A stretch of 64,000 nucleotides of DNA from Eledone cirrhosa (lineage: Eukaryota). The stretch is taken from positions 22,320,001 to 22,384,000 of the forward strand of contig OZ024746.1 of NCBI GenBank assembly GCA_964016885.1, read 5' to 3'. A model generated the notes under the pieces. It was given only the letters and a program-made list of their open reading frames with translations, was not told the DNA's origin and ran no database searches. Shown here in pieces: positions 27,440 to 40,859 of the stretch; position 1 is the first letter of the stretch, and each line of letters opens with the position of its first letter. A program made the position numbers and the translations under genes.

Positions 27440-27715
27440 TTGGTTCATTAAGGACCAAGTTCTGCCGACAATATACAAGTGCTTGAGCTTCATAGTTGTT
27501 CAACCATTTCAAGCAAGGCCTAATCTTCCACAACAGAAGTCTCCCTCACTTTGGTTTGACTTTGAGGCTGGTATCACATTCCTTGAAACGTCTGAACCAG
27601 TTTTGTGCCATACATTCATTGACAGTTCTGGGCCTTCCACATTATTCATTTCTTTTGCTGTTGCCCTTGCACTTGGTTCTTTTTTTCCATGGGTAGCGTA
27701 AAATGACTCTAATTA
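27440..27715 (-). mobile_element. Mariner transposase N-terminal fragment (pseudogene)
   Basis: Minus strand SARATAKEMNNVEGP / TVNECMAQNWFRRFKECDTSLKVKPK*GR, matching the mariner HTH pattern AARNIN..FG.GT.NER..Q.WF..F..GD.SLED..RSGRP. Confidence 0.8.
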
Positions 27716-28387
27716 CAATCTTTCATCAGCAATAGACTGAATTCAATACCCAAGTTAACACCATCACCATTTGGCTTTTAGGAACCTTTAGTGGAGTAAA
27801 CCCCATCTTTAAAGCACGCAGCCCAGGTCTCCAGTTTCGGGGTTACTTGCTATTTTCCTCCCATTAGTCTCATAGTTATGGATGCTGTTATGGCTGGCTC
27901 TACCTGCAGGTCAGCTAGGCCATCCTCTTGGGCACAGACTTCAAAGAGGTACATCACAGTGTGATATAAATTTGTATAATTAAATATATAATAAATAATA
28001 ACTTCCTGTAATCAATGAATAAATCACTAAACATCTTTGTTATGTAGCAATGTTCTGAGAATATACAAAGAACTGCAGAAGGTTGTATGATGTTATGACC
28101 TTTCACATAATTTGGCTGTATAGTAGAAAATACAGGCTTGATAATTTTCCTAATGTAGGACTAGCTTAAAGCACTAAATACTTAGGCACACATTGTAGAG
28201 TTGGCTTTGGGCACTAAGTACCAGGTACACATTGTAGAATTGGCCTTGAGTATGCAGTGTTCCAGCACTGAGTGCTGTCTGTCTGAGTAAACCATAAAAT
28301 AACTTCATACTAAAATAACTTCATTCTAAGATTTGTACTATGAAAACTTTAGAAGAATTTTTTGTAGTGAGTTTAAAACCCATGAAA

Positions 28388-28675
28388 GCATGTGGCCTAA
28401 TGGTTAGGCTGTTCAGCTCATGATCATAAGATCATGAGTAGAGTATTGTATCCTTGAGCAAGACACTTTATTTCACATTGCTCTAGTCCACTCAGTTGAA
28501 AAAATTAGTTGTCAGCTTTTCCAAACACTGCAATATGCTGAATATCCCTAAGAATTACATTAATGGTGCACATGTCTGTGAAATGCTCAGCCACTGACAC
28601 GTTAAATTTCATAAGTAAGCAGTTCCATTGTTCAAACAACTGGAACACTTATCGTTGGAACTAATGGAGGTCTAA
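28388..28675 (+). mobile_element. tRNA-headed SINE (family B head, alternative 3' part)
   Basis: A-box tggcctaatggttag; central ccttgagcaagacactttatttcacattgctctagtccactcag. Confidence 0.8.
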
Positions 28676-29085
28676 CATAACCCAGCATTTAACTTGAAAA
28701 CTGTTATAACATAGAAATAAATGTATGTTTTCCAAATATATTATTATATTTAGCTAACTGAACATAAAATCAAGACAGAGGTAGGTCAAACTGCATTTAC
28801 TGTCCCAGATTTTCAATTACCTGAAAGATTTTCTTCTTTCAAAGCTATGTTACCTTTTGTAAATACCTGAGCTGACCTACATTAACTTTGACTTAATTAT
28901 ATAGGCAACTATACAACTGATCACTCATTCACTACTGACATAGCTTAATGTGTGTGTGTGTGAGTGAGTGTGTGTGTGTGAGAGAGAGAAAGAGAGATTG
29001 TGTGTGTATGTTATATGTTTGGTCATGTCTCTCTCCTCCTACTCTTTTCTCTCTCTCACACTATACACACATACATTTATACACA

Positions 29086-29183
<98 letters not shown>

Positions 29184-29279
29184 ACCTATGGTTGCATAGA
29201 AATTTTTTTTTTTATATATATGTATATATATATATATATATATATAATTGTTGAGGTTTTGAAAGTTTTTTAGTTTCTC

Positions 29280-30300
29280 ACAATTTTCCAGATTTCTTTT
29301 ATATAACAGCTGAATTCATCTCCATAGACTTGTGAAGATTGTTTGTAGATTTTTAATTCATGTCATATGTTGGTGCAACGTTTGTTCCCATGGCTGTTCC
29401 TTGTTTTTGTTGGTAGGCTATTTCATCGAACATTAATTAATTGTTTTTAAGATAAACTGAAGACCATCTATAATGAATTTTCTATCAATATGGTTTAGTA
29501 GCTCATAAGGGAATGAATCTAGTTAGTATTTAACAGCCTCAAATCCATACTCATGTGGACTGTTGCTATATAGGTTCACATCATACACACCTTATTTAGT
29601 AGATGGTTAAGTATATCTAGATCCTCTTGTATCAATCTCAGAATGTGTTTAAGAAAATTCAGTAAGATGTCTAGAAAGTTACTTAGGTGATGTTTCTAGA
29701 AAATTGGCCCTGCTTTAATGCATCTTAATTTTAAGTCTATTGATGATGGTATATTCTCACAATTGTTTTTTGCCTTTTTGCATGTCTCATTGATTAGTTT
29801 ATTCTTGTGTATTTTAAGTAATCCATAGATGTTACTTAGTTTATATCTAAAATTAGTGAGATATTCTAATTCCTTATCAGTTAGACAATTTTGGTTTGGG
29901 TGTAGTAAATCGTTTCATCATTATAAAGTTTGTAATCTTTGGCTTCTTCATAGCATCTATTTTATCACAATGTTTGTGTAGAGTTTTGACCATAATGACA
30001 ACTGTGTCTCTTTTGTCAGCTTCTTTTATAACAATATTTCCATCCTGCTTTAGATCATGTAAATGGTCCATTCTTGGCTGGTAATGTTGGATTTTGTTTT
30101 TTTCTCATTTCTAGTTGTTTCTCAACTGGAAAATTTGAAACATATTTACAAAATTTATCATTTAGCATTTGGTGGATTGATATTCCCTGTTTTCTTCTTC
30201 AAAGAATTGTTTCACTAGTTTCAATTTTCAACAGTCTGAAATATCATCTTAATTTCTTATGTATTTGGTTTTTGAAGAGTTGGTGTAAATTTTAGTTCTT
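29280..30300 (-). mobile_element. Penelope-like reverse transcriptase pseudogene fragment
   Basis: Minus strand IVIKEADKRDTVVIM, DVNLYSNSPHEYGFEAVKY and FDEIAYQQKQGTAMGTNVAPTY, which are PLE RT motifs (ADKG, DV.SLY..IP, Q..G.AMG...AP); many stops. Confidence 0.85.
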
Positions 30301-30524
30301 AATATATCTATTTGTATGGGGGGAAATGATTTATTTAAAATAAATAACCGCGACCATTCCTGAAAACTACTTTATATAAAAAAAAAAAAATGTTAAATTT
30401 ATTATTTATTTTGTATGAACTAATTTCTTTTCCCTGTATATTGTAAACATGCATGTATATAAAAACATTAGGTGCATATTCATATCTTTAGCATTATTTT
30501 CCATATATATACATGTATGTGAGG

Positions 30525-30720
30525 AGGTGCATGGCCTAATGGTAAGAGTGTTGGACTTATGAACATAATGTCATGGGTTCGATTCCTGGACTGGGTTGTG
30601 TTCTTGAGCAAAACACTTTATTTCACATTGCTCCTGTATACTCAACTGAAAATGAATAACTCCTGTCCAGGGGAAGTCTTGTACTCTCAGTTGCTTAACG
30701 TCTGATGAGCCTCTGGTCTC
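30525..30720 (+). mobile_element. tRNA-headed SINE family B 5' part
   Basis: A-box tggcctaatggtaag, B-box gggttcgattcc, then ttcttgagcaaaacactttatttcacattgctcc. Confidence 0.8.
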
Positions 30721-30817
30721 AAGTTATACTTTAAACTTTAGGGATGTATATATATATGTGAATATATATATATGTATATATATATATATATGTGTGTGTG
30801 TGTATATATATATATGT

Positions 30818-30870
30818 ATATTTACTAAAATAACAGATTAAAGTTTAAGCAAAGAATCGCTGCTTTCACA
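30818..30870 (+). mobile_element. Solo left end of the inverted-repeat element at 60566-61189
   Basis: tatttactaaaataacagattaaagtttaagcaaagaatcgctgctttcac is almost identical to 60567-60617. It is followed by a family A SINE 3' fragment (30881-30960). Confidence 0.8.
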
Positions 30871-31051
30871 TTTATTATTATTACGGGGTCGATAAAATAA
30901 AGTACCAGTAATACACTGGGTAATTGCTGGCCTTGTGCCAAAAGTAGAAACAATTATTATTACTATATATATATATAAGTATATATATATATATGTATAT
31001 ATATATATGTATATATATATGTATGTATATATATATATATATGTGTATATA

Positions 31052-31110
<59 letters not shown>

Positions 31111-31212
31111 TTTTCTTTTGTTTATTTTTTTTTTCTCCTCGTGCAATGGCCATACTCGATAACGAGGGGGCAGCCATCATGCATGTATGTATGTATGTAT
31201 GTATATATGTAT

Positions 31213-31802
31213 GTCAGGTTAGCAGTTGGTGCTACTGGTAACATGTATCCCAGTACAACCTGTCCCATGGTCGGGTCATTGGCGACTAAACTGGCAACCC
31301 CACCAAGGTTTCTTGATGAGGAGGGTGACTTTGGACATCCTGCAGGACTAAAAACAAAACCTGTCAAAGGACAAAGGAGCTCTTAAGAGTCAATGGCCAT
31401 CCAAAATCACCGGGAGAGATGACCCCTTAGCCTTTGTCAAGGCAGAATTCTAGGAGAAGGAAAACTCTGATATAACACCTGCAACCCTGATGCTATCCAA
31501 TGATGTTGACTTGTTCTTCTTTTTGGTAAATATCATCTTGGTTAAGAGAGTGGGACTGGCTTTGTGCAGTGCCTTTGCTCACTATAAAAGCTTCACGGCA
31601 CAAGCATTGCTTTATATCTGGAGATCTCTCTGCACTTGTCGTCACTATGTGTCAATAATTGTCACAGGTGTAGTGTTTGTACCAGAGTTTTCAAGTCGCT
31701 GGCTGGACTAAAAATTCACACTTGTTTAGCGCATCGGTAGGGGTTCTCCTACATGGATATAAAGTAGTGGCCGTACTCGAAAACGAGTTGGCAGCCACCA
31801 TG
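31213..31802 (+). mobile_element. Short GC-richer element resembling an RTE 5' UTR joined to a 3' terminus (internally deleted LINE derivative)
   Basis: ctaggagaaggaaaactctga (31450-31470) recalls RTE/BovB-type 5' UTRs. The 3' end tggccgtactcgaaaacgag..gcagccacca also occurs at 31147-31181. Confidence 0.45.
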
Positions 31803-32179
31803 TATATATATGTGTGTGTGTGTGTGTGCCGAGAATAAGTAACTTATATAGCCACTACTTTAAAATTCATAGCAAATGGTCTTCAAAATGTTTTTAATTA
31901 AACATACAGTATATCATCAAATATACTATACATACATTCATATATGTGTGTGTGTGTGTGTACTGGCTGTTTTTTGTCATGACATCTACATGACCATTTT
32001 ACAGTGTGGACTGGGGACTTGTGGGGGGGGGGGGGAGACATTGAGGAGTTAGGATGTGGGTGGGGTGATTACAACGTAGGAGGTGTATGAGTGATCTGAT
32101 GGGAAAGAATGCGGCCCCATGCTGTATATTACTATATAGTGCCAGAGATCATGGCCCTGTGTCATTGAGATGCAATTGT

Positions 32180-32535
32180 GAGATGCAATTGTGCAAGGTC
32201 AGCTTTTATCACCTCATTCCTAGTCTTCCCAATGTATATTTTCCATCAACTTTAAGAGCTCTGCACCTTTTTATACAGCTGCCATCGTTCACATGCATCA
32301 CATGTCCATACCAATGCAATCTCCTCTCCTGCACACTGCATCTGATCCCTCTTATGCCTAATGTCTCTTCCGTTTATGTATATTACTATTACACATCCAC
32401 TGAAGCATGGAAACATCATTTCTTTTCAATATTTGTAGGTCCTCTGCACACAGTGCCCAGGTCTCACTACTCTGCAACATTGCTGTTCGTATATATGCAT
32501 AATACAATCTGCCTTTCATTTGGAGTGAAAAACCT
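32180..32535 (-). mobile_element. RTE LINE ORF2 C-terminal fragment
   Basis: Minus strand [39 protein letters not shown]; homologous to 38030-38245. Confidence 0.8.
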
Positions 32536-32539
32536 TATA

Positions 32540-32682
<143 letters not shown>

Positions 32683-32914
32683 AGTTGAATATAAGCCATT
32701 TCTATATTAAATTTTGTTATATATACACTCACACATATATTTCCACGCTTGCATAAATTACATAGGTTGTCATGCTCTGAAATTAGACAGACCGATCAGA
32801 TTACTGTGTTGTGGTCATGTGTTACATTTTAACATCTTTTTTACGGTTGGATGCCTCTCCTAATAACCAACCACTTCAGAGCATATACTGGTTTTATTTT
32901 TTCACTACCACCTG

Positions 32915-33390
32915 ACAGATCGGACTGGGTGCTTTTTTTGTGGCACCAGCACTACCATTTTACAACATGGGCTGGGGGTGTTTTATCATAACACCAGCAC
33001 TACCACTTTGCAGCATGGGCTGGGGGTGTTTTATCATAACACCAGCACTACCACTTTGCAGCTTGGGCTGTGTGTGTTTTATCATAACACCAGCACTACC
33101 ACTTTGCAGCATGGGCTGTGTGTGTTTTATCATAACACCAGCACTACCACTTTGCAGCATGGGCTGGGGGTGTTTTATCATAACACCAGCACTAACTACC
33201 ACTTTGCAGCATGGGCTGTGTGTGTTTTATCATAACACCAGCACTGACATTTTACAGCATGGCCTGGGTGTGTTTTATTGCAGCACCAGCACTGTCACTT
33301 TACAGAGTGGGCTGGATGCATTTTATCTTAACATCAGTACTTCCACCTTCCAGCATAGGCTGAGCACTAAGCACATTTTATTGTGGTACC
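32915..33390. repeat. 48-bp minisatellite, ~8-9 copies, within a minus-strand family B SINE
   Basis: Unit cataacaccagcactaccactttgcagcatgggctgggggtgttttat; preceded by tacggttggatgcctctcctaataaccaaccactt. Confidence 0.9.
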
Positions 33391-33659
33391 TGAACTTCCA
33401 TATTTCAACACTAGCACAGATATGTCTTTGACCCAGTTGGAAGGACACTTGCTAGTGGTAAGGGTGGGAAGCAGAGTTTGGGCTGCCTATTAGTGTGAAT
33501 AAACAGCAAAATATGGCTGAGTCAAGAGAAATCCTTGATATAAGAGGAATGAAATTCAAGAGAGAAGATAGCACCAGTATTGATATGTAAGGCATAGATA
33601 TGTATTGAAGGCACACAACATGTATTATATTTTATAGTCACAAAACCCTTGTATATATT

Positions 33660-34085
33660 GTATTATAGAGTCACAGCATACATATAGTATATAGTGTAGT
33701 CATAACATACATGTAGCATATAGTGTAGCCACAACATACACGTATATAGTATACAGTCACAACATGTAGTGTGTAGTATAGAACCACAACATACATGAAG
33801 AGTAAAGATACACCATGTAGTATAGATTATAGCCACAGTATACATGTAGTCCCACTCAATGTAGTGTAGTATACTACCAGAATATACATGTAGTGTAAAC
33901 ATACACCGTATAGTATTGATTATAGGGTCACAGTATACATGTAGGGCTACACAATGTAAAGTGTAGTATAGTACCAGAACATACATGTAGTGTAAACATA
34001 CACCGTATAGTATAGATTATAGGGTCACAGTATACATGTAGGGCTACACAATGTAAAGTGTAGTATAGTACCAGAACATACATGT
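33660..34085. repeat. Degenerate minisatellite (catacatgtag..gtatag) with a ~107-bp near-exact duplication
   Basis: Direct reading; 33875-33980 is similar to 33981-34085. Confidence 0.8.
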
Positions 34086-34349
34086 ATGGATATGTTCACA
34101 CAATAACATATATTTATTACCAACCATGTGACTATGTGATCTAGTATAGGACATTTGGTATGCTACATAATTTATATTCCCAGTATACATTTATGTATAT
34201 AGAGGGTTTTACATGTCGGTATAGATGTATTAATACATATTGAATGAAGTACACACACATTCACTCATGCATGCATATATATATAGTGAGAGCTTTTTGC
34301 ATATGTTGGTATAGATACATCAATATATTAATATGTATTGAATAGACTA

Positions 34350-35424
34350 CAAAAACACACACACATACACATGCATGCACGCATACACAATACACACTTA
34401 TATTCACACATACACACACACATGCACACACCCATGCACATACAAGTATGCACACATGCACACACATTCATGTACAGACACACACATGCAAATGTGCGTG
34501 TATACTTGCACACATACGTGTACACACAAACACACACACGCACACGCACACACATGCTCATACACATGCACACATACACACATATACCTACACATGCACA
34601 CATACATGTGCACATACACACATACCCATATACACATGCTCACACGTGTATGTGTGTGCACACATGCACACACACATACATATATACACGCACACACATA
34701 TACACACAATCATACATGCACACATGCACACATACTCATATGCACACATACGCATATGCACACATACGCATATGCACACATACGCATATGCTCCTTCAAT
34801 ACTCCAGAGGGTTGAGTGTGTAAGATATTCCAGTCCAGTTTATATGAAAGGTGTGTGTGTGTACGTGTGTGTGTACGTGTGTATGCATGTGTTTGTGTGT
34901 GTGTATGTATGCATGTGTCTCTGTGTGTGTGTGTGTATGTGTGTGTGTGTGCATGTGAGGGATGGTGTATGGATCTGTGTGTATGCATGTGTGTGTGTGG
35001 ATGTGTCTGTCTGTGTGTGTGTGTGTGCATGTGTGGGATGGTGTATGGATCTGTGTGTATGCGTGTGTGTGTGTGTGTATGTGTATGTATGCATGTGTCT
35101 GTCTGTGTGTGTGCATGTGAGGGATGGTGTATGGATCTGTGTGTATGCGTGTGTGTGTGTGTGTGTGTGTGTGTATGTATGCATGTGTCTGTCTGTGTGT
35201 GTGTGTGTGTATGCATGTGAGGGATGGTGTATGGATCTGTGTGTATGCATATGTGTGTGTGTGTGTATGTGTCTGTCTGTGTGTGTGTGTGTGTGTGTCT
35301 GCATGCGAGGGATGGTGTATGGATCTGTGTGTATGCGTGTGTATGCGTGTGTGTGTGTATGTATGTATGCATGTGTCTGTCTGTGTGTGTGTGTGTGCAT
35401 GTGAGGGATGGTGTCTGGGTGTGT

Positions 35425-35460
<36 letters not shown>

Positions 35461-35765
35461 ATGTGAGGGATGGTGTATGGATCTGTGTGTGTGTGTATGC
35501 ATGTGAGGGATGGTGATGGATCTGTGTGTGTGTGTGTGCATGTGAGGGATGGTGTATGGATCTGTGTGTGTGTGTGTGCATGTGAGGGATGGTGATGGAT
35601 CTGTGTGAATGCGTGTGTGTGTGTGTGTGTATGTGTATGTATGCATGTGTCTGTCTGTGTGTGTGTGTGTGTGCATGTGAGGGATGGTGTATGGATCTGT
35701 GTGTATGTGTGTGTGTGTGTGTGTGTATGCATGTGTCTGTATGTGTGTGTGTGAATGTGTGTGTA
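34350..35765. repeat. (CA)n-rich tract, then composite (GT)n array with gcatgtgagggatggtgtatggatct modules
   Basis: About 11 copies of the module embedded in (GT)n; source of all HT/CV ORFs here. Confidence 0.95.
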
Positions 35766-35874
35766 AAGTCCTGTGGGACACCTTATGTTTCCTCCTGCTT
35801 GTGGACAATGGATAAGCCATAAACATTCCAAGTTAGATAGATACCATGGAAACACATAGAGTAATGTGTTATGT

Positions 35875-36190
35875 TTTTATTGCTGCTGGATGTCCTTCCT
35901 AACAGCAACCACATTTACAGTGTGGACTGGGCGCTAACACTTATGAAACATGTCTGCCCAGTTAGTTGCACCATATCTTGCTTATATAGGACTGTGCTTG
36001 GCTGGGATTTTACAGCTGCTAGATGTCCTTTCAACAGCAACCACATTTACAGTGTGGACTGGGTGCTAACACTTATGAAGCATGTCTGCCCAGTTGGTTG
36101 CACCATATCTTGCTTATATAGGACTGTGCTTGGCTGGGATTTTACTGCTGCTAGATGTCCTTCCTAACAGCAACATTTACAGTATGGAAC
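35875..36190. repeat. ~132-bp tandem duplication (about 2.3 copies) of family B SINE sequence
   Basis: gatgtcctt..aacagcaac at 35889, 36022 and 36154. Confidence 0.85.
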
Positions 36191-36325
36191 TGCATGTTCC
36201 CATTAAGGGGAGTGTCTTGTCATATATCTATCTATCCATCTATATTTTTGTCATCAAATGGAACAAAACCATCTAACCCATGCTAGTGTGGAAGATGGAC
36301 TTTAAACGATGATGATGATGATATA

Positions 36326-36670
36326 TGGCTTAGTGGTTAGAGCATTGGGCTTGCAATCGAAAGGTTGTGAGTTCAATTCTCGGACCGGGTGATGTGTTGT
36401 TTCCTTGAGCAAGACACTCTATTTCACATTGCTCCAGTTTACTCAGCTGTAGAAATAAGATGATAGGGACTGGGGTCCCTATCATTCCACTGCAAAGAGG
36501 TCGTGGAGGTGCCATGGCAAAAAAGCACCCAGCACTCACTGTAAATGAGGTTGGTGTTAGGAAGGGCATCCAGCTGTAGAAATCAAGCTAGAATCAATTC
36601 CTGTCCCACCCTTGCAAGCAGGGAAAAGCGGACGTAAAATGATGATGATGATGATGATGAGGATGATGAT
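36326..36670 (+). mobile_element. Near full-length tRNA-headed SINE family B
   Basis: A-box tggcttagtggttag, B-box gagttcaattctc, central ccttgagcaagacact..gctccagtttactcagctg, then aaaaagcacccagcactcactgtaaa..ggaagggcatccagctgtagaaa..gcggacgtaaaa(tga)n. Confidence 0.85.
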
Positions 36671-36934
36671 ATATAAAACGAATAAAAAATAAATCGCATT
36701 AAATTATTTAATAGATTTAGAAACGTTTCTTTTAATACAGTAGGAAGTACGATTTTATTCCTCTGTACTGAATTCCTCAGAATCATTAAACAATATAAAA
36801 AACATAATTATTCATCAACCTCATGTCTGAACATCTCCATTTAAAAAAACATGAACAACTTTAAAATATAGTGGCAAAACGTTATAAGATATTCTTTGCC
36901 TTATATGGTTGTATTATGAACTCATCTAAACTAC

Positions 36935-37025
36935 TTTATACACACACGCATGCACACAAATATATATATATATACATACATATATATGTATATATATATA
37001 CATATATATATATGCATATATATAC

Positions 37026-37096
<71 letters not shown>

Positions 37097-37270
37097 CATA
37101 TATATGTATATATATGCATATATATATATGTATATATATATATATACATATATATGTATGTATATATATAAATATACATATATATAAATATACATATATA
37201 TATATATATATATATACATACATATATATACATATATATATACATATACATCTCTCTCTCTCTCCCTGTG

Positions 37271-37304
<34 letters not shown>

Positions 37305-37305
37305 A
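36935..37305. repeat. Imperfect (TA)n microsatellite
   Basis: Direct reading. Confidence 0.95.
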
Positions 37306-37601
37306 TATACATTAATTTATACTTTTATATGTGGGAATTATATCTTCAAATCTCCCATTACTGCATATTTATTAAGAACATTGCAAACAATGATATTGAT
37401 TTATTAGAGTTAAAGTCAGCATGACAAAATGGGAAATATATTAATAAATAAATAAATAAATAAATATATTAAATAAATAAAGACATAGTTGTGTGGTGAA
37501 GGAGTTTGCTTAAAAAATATCAAGGTTCTGTATTCAATACCACAGCATGGAAAATTTGGTACACAAAAACCGCAGAAGCCCATCGTGTATATATATATAT
37601 A

Positions 37602-37637
<36 letters not shown>

Positions 37638-37642
<5 letters not shown>

Positions 37643-37946
37643 ATACTTTGGGAGGGTCATGTTGCCAATAAGAAACACACGCACCAGTTGCTTTCACTTC
37701 AATTTATTATATATTTATAAATTTATAAATTTACAAATCTACAAACTTATAAATTTCTGGTTGGTTGGTTGGTTCCACAACCAGATAGTTGTTTATATAT
37801 AGTCATAGTCCTTTCGTCACACACTCTGTGACCTCTTCAGTGACTGGGGATTCCTTTCTTTGTTTCTGTGCCTTTCCTTTCTTCTATCCTACGCCATTTT
37901 GTTTCATTTCAGATAAAGAATCTTGCTAAACAAATTCAGAAACGAA

Positions 37947-37948
<2 letters not shown>
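37638..37948 (-). mobile_element. Non-coding hammerhead-bearing element, copy B
   Basis: Reverse complement of the 13154-13410 body; flanked on both sides by (TA)n. Confidence 0.7.
37801..37845 (-). ncRNA. Minimal type I hammerhead ribozyme motif
   Basis: Minus strand AGUCA-CUGAAGA-G-GUCACA[gagug]UGUGAC-GAAA-GGAC-UA-UGACU: perfect 5-bp stem I and 6-bp stem II, NUH = CUA. Confidence 0.7.
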
Positions 37949-38011
<63 letters not shown>

Positions 38012-38029
38012 TCATCATCATCATTTTAT

Positions 38030-38245
38030 TACCTCTTCCCAGGTCTTCCAATTTTTCTCTCAGTTCATTCACACTTTGCCATTTATGTATATTACTATTA
38101 CACATCCATCGGAGCATGCAGGCTTCATTTCTTTCCAATCTTCACAATTCCTCTGCACACAGGTCCCAGGTCTCACTACCATGCTGTTTGTATACATGCA
38201 TCATACAATCTGCCCTTTATTTTGAGGAAAAAACTTTTTGTAGCT
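38030..38245 (-). mobile_element. RTE LINE ORF2 C-terminal fragment
   Basis: KGRLYDACIQTA..ETWDL..ERNEACMLRWMCNSNIHKWQSVNELREKL. Confidence 0.85.
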
Positions 38246-38636
38246 ACTGATAAATAATGTTCCCTGGTCTTTATGATACTTATTACTAAGATCAATAATT
38301 GGTGATTAAGCCCAATCATTAGATCAGTTATAGGCATCTTATTCTGGAATTTATCATGAAACAGCTGTATTAGTGAACTTAGACAATTTTGGCTTGCTTC
38401 TTTCCTTAAGTGAGAACATTTATTTTTCATTCTATATGTATGCACATAATACTAGTTGTTTCTCAACTACATATATGAAAATAATTTTTTTTTGTATATC
38501 GTTTAAATTTGTATAAATTATGCCCTGAGCTTAATGTTCTTTGAGCTTTCCTTGTTGCATTACTTAATCAATATACATTTTATATGTATAGATTTAACCT
38601 AATTATAGTATATATAAATATATATATATATATATA

Positions 38637-38756
38637 AATGAATGATCATCCACTATATATATATGAATGAATGATCATCCACTATATATATATGAATGAA
38701 TGATCATCCACTATATATATATATATATATATATATATGAATGAATGATCATCCAC
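38637..38756. repeat. ~30-bp tandem repeat (atgaatgaatgatcatccac-(ta)n), 4 copies
   Basis: Direct reading. Confidence 0.85.
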
Positions 38757-39127
38757 CATCATTCCATGCTATCATTGGTTAGATGAGTTCTCCTGACATT
38801 GTGAGACAAGCCAGATCAGGTGACCATATCTTGCTCATACAGAACTGTTTCTGGCTTGGTTTCTGGCTGGATGCCCTTCCTAATGTATTTGTGTGTGTGT
38901 TTATTTTCCCTAACTTAGCAGTTTGAACAAAGAGACAGGTTGATAAAATAAGTACCTGACTTTAAAAAATAAATACGTATGATCAACTAAATCAAGTCAG
39001 TGCCCCAGCTTGGCCACAGTATAGTGTCTGAAAAAAAAAAAAAAAAATACATAGATAAATAGAATTACCTAATATTTTGTTAAATTGTAAATGATCCTAG
39101 AGAATTACTGATTTATTCTCTCTCATG

Positions 39128-39352
39128 TTCATCATCATCATCATCATCGTTTAACGTCTATCTTCCACGCTAGCATGGGTTTAGATGGGAATTGTCCCAC
39201 TTGAAGCAAGATTGGTTGTCTTGTTCGTATAGAACTGTCTGGCAGGTTTTCTACGGCTGGATACCCTTTACAGTGTGGACTGGGAGGGTTTTACCGTGTT
39301 ACCTACACAGCCACATTACAGCGTGGACTGTGTGTTTTATTTTTGTCGTGTA
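39128..39352 (-). mobile_element. SINE family B 3' part with 2 copies of the 48-bp module
   Basis: (cat)n cgtttaacgtc..ctagcatgggtt..tttctacggctggataccc, then tttacagtgtggactgg twice. Confidence 0.75.
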
Positions 39353-40019
39353 TTCCAATAGACTATTTTAGAAGCTTCATAATACACAAATAAATAAATA
39401 GATAAATAAATAAATATATGTAGTTATTCTCAATGCTCCATCCCATTCCCGTTCTCTAGGTCCTATTTTTTTTACTAATAAACTTTTCTCTGTTATGGCG
39501 TCTGCCTGACCAAATATATATTATCACTGTCTTCAAGAAAACCTGTTACATCATATACTTCCATTATGGCTGTGGCTTATTCAGCATTTGTCAATTATCT
39601 TCATATATATACAGAAAATATGTAATAAGATGGCTGCAGCCTGATGATGCCTGATTTCTCCATACTAGTAATTAATGTGTTTAGTTATTGTTGCCAAACA
39701 AAGAGTTGGGAGGACCTTCAGTTGTATCAAAGACATCTCAACCTTTCCTGTGGACACAGTGAACCATATAACTGTATGTAAGTGAGGTGCAGATTCCTCA
39801 CCTGTCAGAGAGATCAAAAGCCCTGCTTCAATACTACTTGATCTATGTAGACTCATCCAACCCTTGCTAGCAGGGAAGGCAGACGTTAAAATGATGATGA
39901 TGATCATGATGACGACGATGATACAGTAACAGCACTTAGTATGCGACCATACATAAGTGAGGTGCAGATTCCTTTCCTGTCAAGAAGGTCAGTAGCCCTG
40001 CTGCAATACTGACTTGATC

Positions 40020-40305
40020 TATTCTGCGACTAACCCAGGTTCTGCTGCATGTCGGGCTGAGGAAGCCAAACTCCTCAAATACCGGTCGCTCTCCGACAGG
40101 TTTGTGGTTGTACCCCTGGCAGTGGAGACTTCTGGTGTCCTCGGCCCTAGGGCTACCTTCCTACTCACCACCATAGGTGCTGAGCTGGCCAGCCACAGGT
40201 GTGAACCCCCGCGAGTTGGAGTGGCTTTTTTCCAGCGCGGCTCCCTTGCCGTCCTCCGGGGGAACGCATTCTCCATCCAGTTCGCCATTCGCCAGGGCTG
40301 TGTGA
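40020..40305 (+). mobile_element. Restriction-like-endonuclease non-LTR retrotransposon C-terminal fragment (CRE-like)
   Basis: SAACRAEEAKLLKYRSLSDRFVVVPLAVETSGVLGP..FFQRGSLAVLRGNA matches the AE..K..KY..F.P.AVET.G..G and QR.S.A.QRGNA motifs; GC-rich island. Confidence 0.75.
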
Positions 40306-40859
40306 CATCGCGTAACATTCCATATTTAGGTATCTGTGTTCTCACATGTAGATGCACATCTATGTAGACCTAGCCAAGCCTGGCGGCGGTGGTGGAGGTG
40401 AGGAATGTATTTTGATTATAATTCTGATGACAGTAATTAGTTCTTTATGGGGGAGGGTTTGTATTTATTTTTTACTTTTTGTGTGTTGTATATATGATAG
40501 TTTAGGTCAGGTCAAGATTGGGATTTTTTGCTTGTTTATGGTTGATAGCAATGGGTTGATATGAATGCAATATCTTTATAGGATTTTGTATGAAACAATT
40601 AGTGGTGCAGGGTTATTTATATTTAGTGCAAGCTTGACTGGACTTTTTTAATATCTGCCCTACTATTAATAGTCTAGTTAAAGATTATTAACAGGAAATA
40701 ATTAAATCAATGATGTAATTATGGCCACTTCTTACTAACACTATATTAGCTGCTTTATTGTATAGACTTAAGTGGTTATGGTGGAATGATGGAACCACAT
40801 AAACTGCTTTCAAGGAACTGTGAGCTGTGAGAGAATACAGAGTTTAACCTTTGGCTATC

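Noticed and set aside
34338-35855. Long HT/CV-repeat ORFs (also YI, ER, poly-I/M/S/H ORFs throughout the window)
   Set aside because: Di- and trinucleotide microsatellite translations.
36326-36395. tRNA gene
   Set aside because: A and B boxes are present, but the sequence continues into a SINE body found many times in the window and no convincing acceptor stem forms; it is a SINE head.
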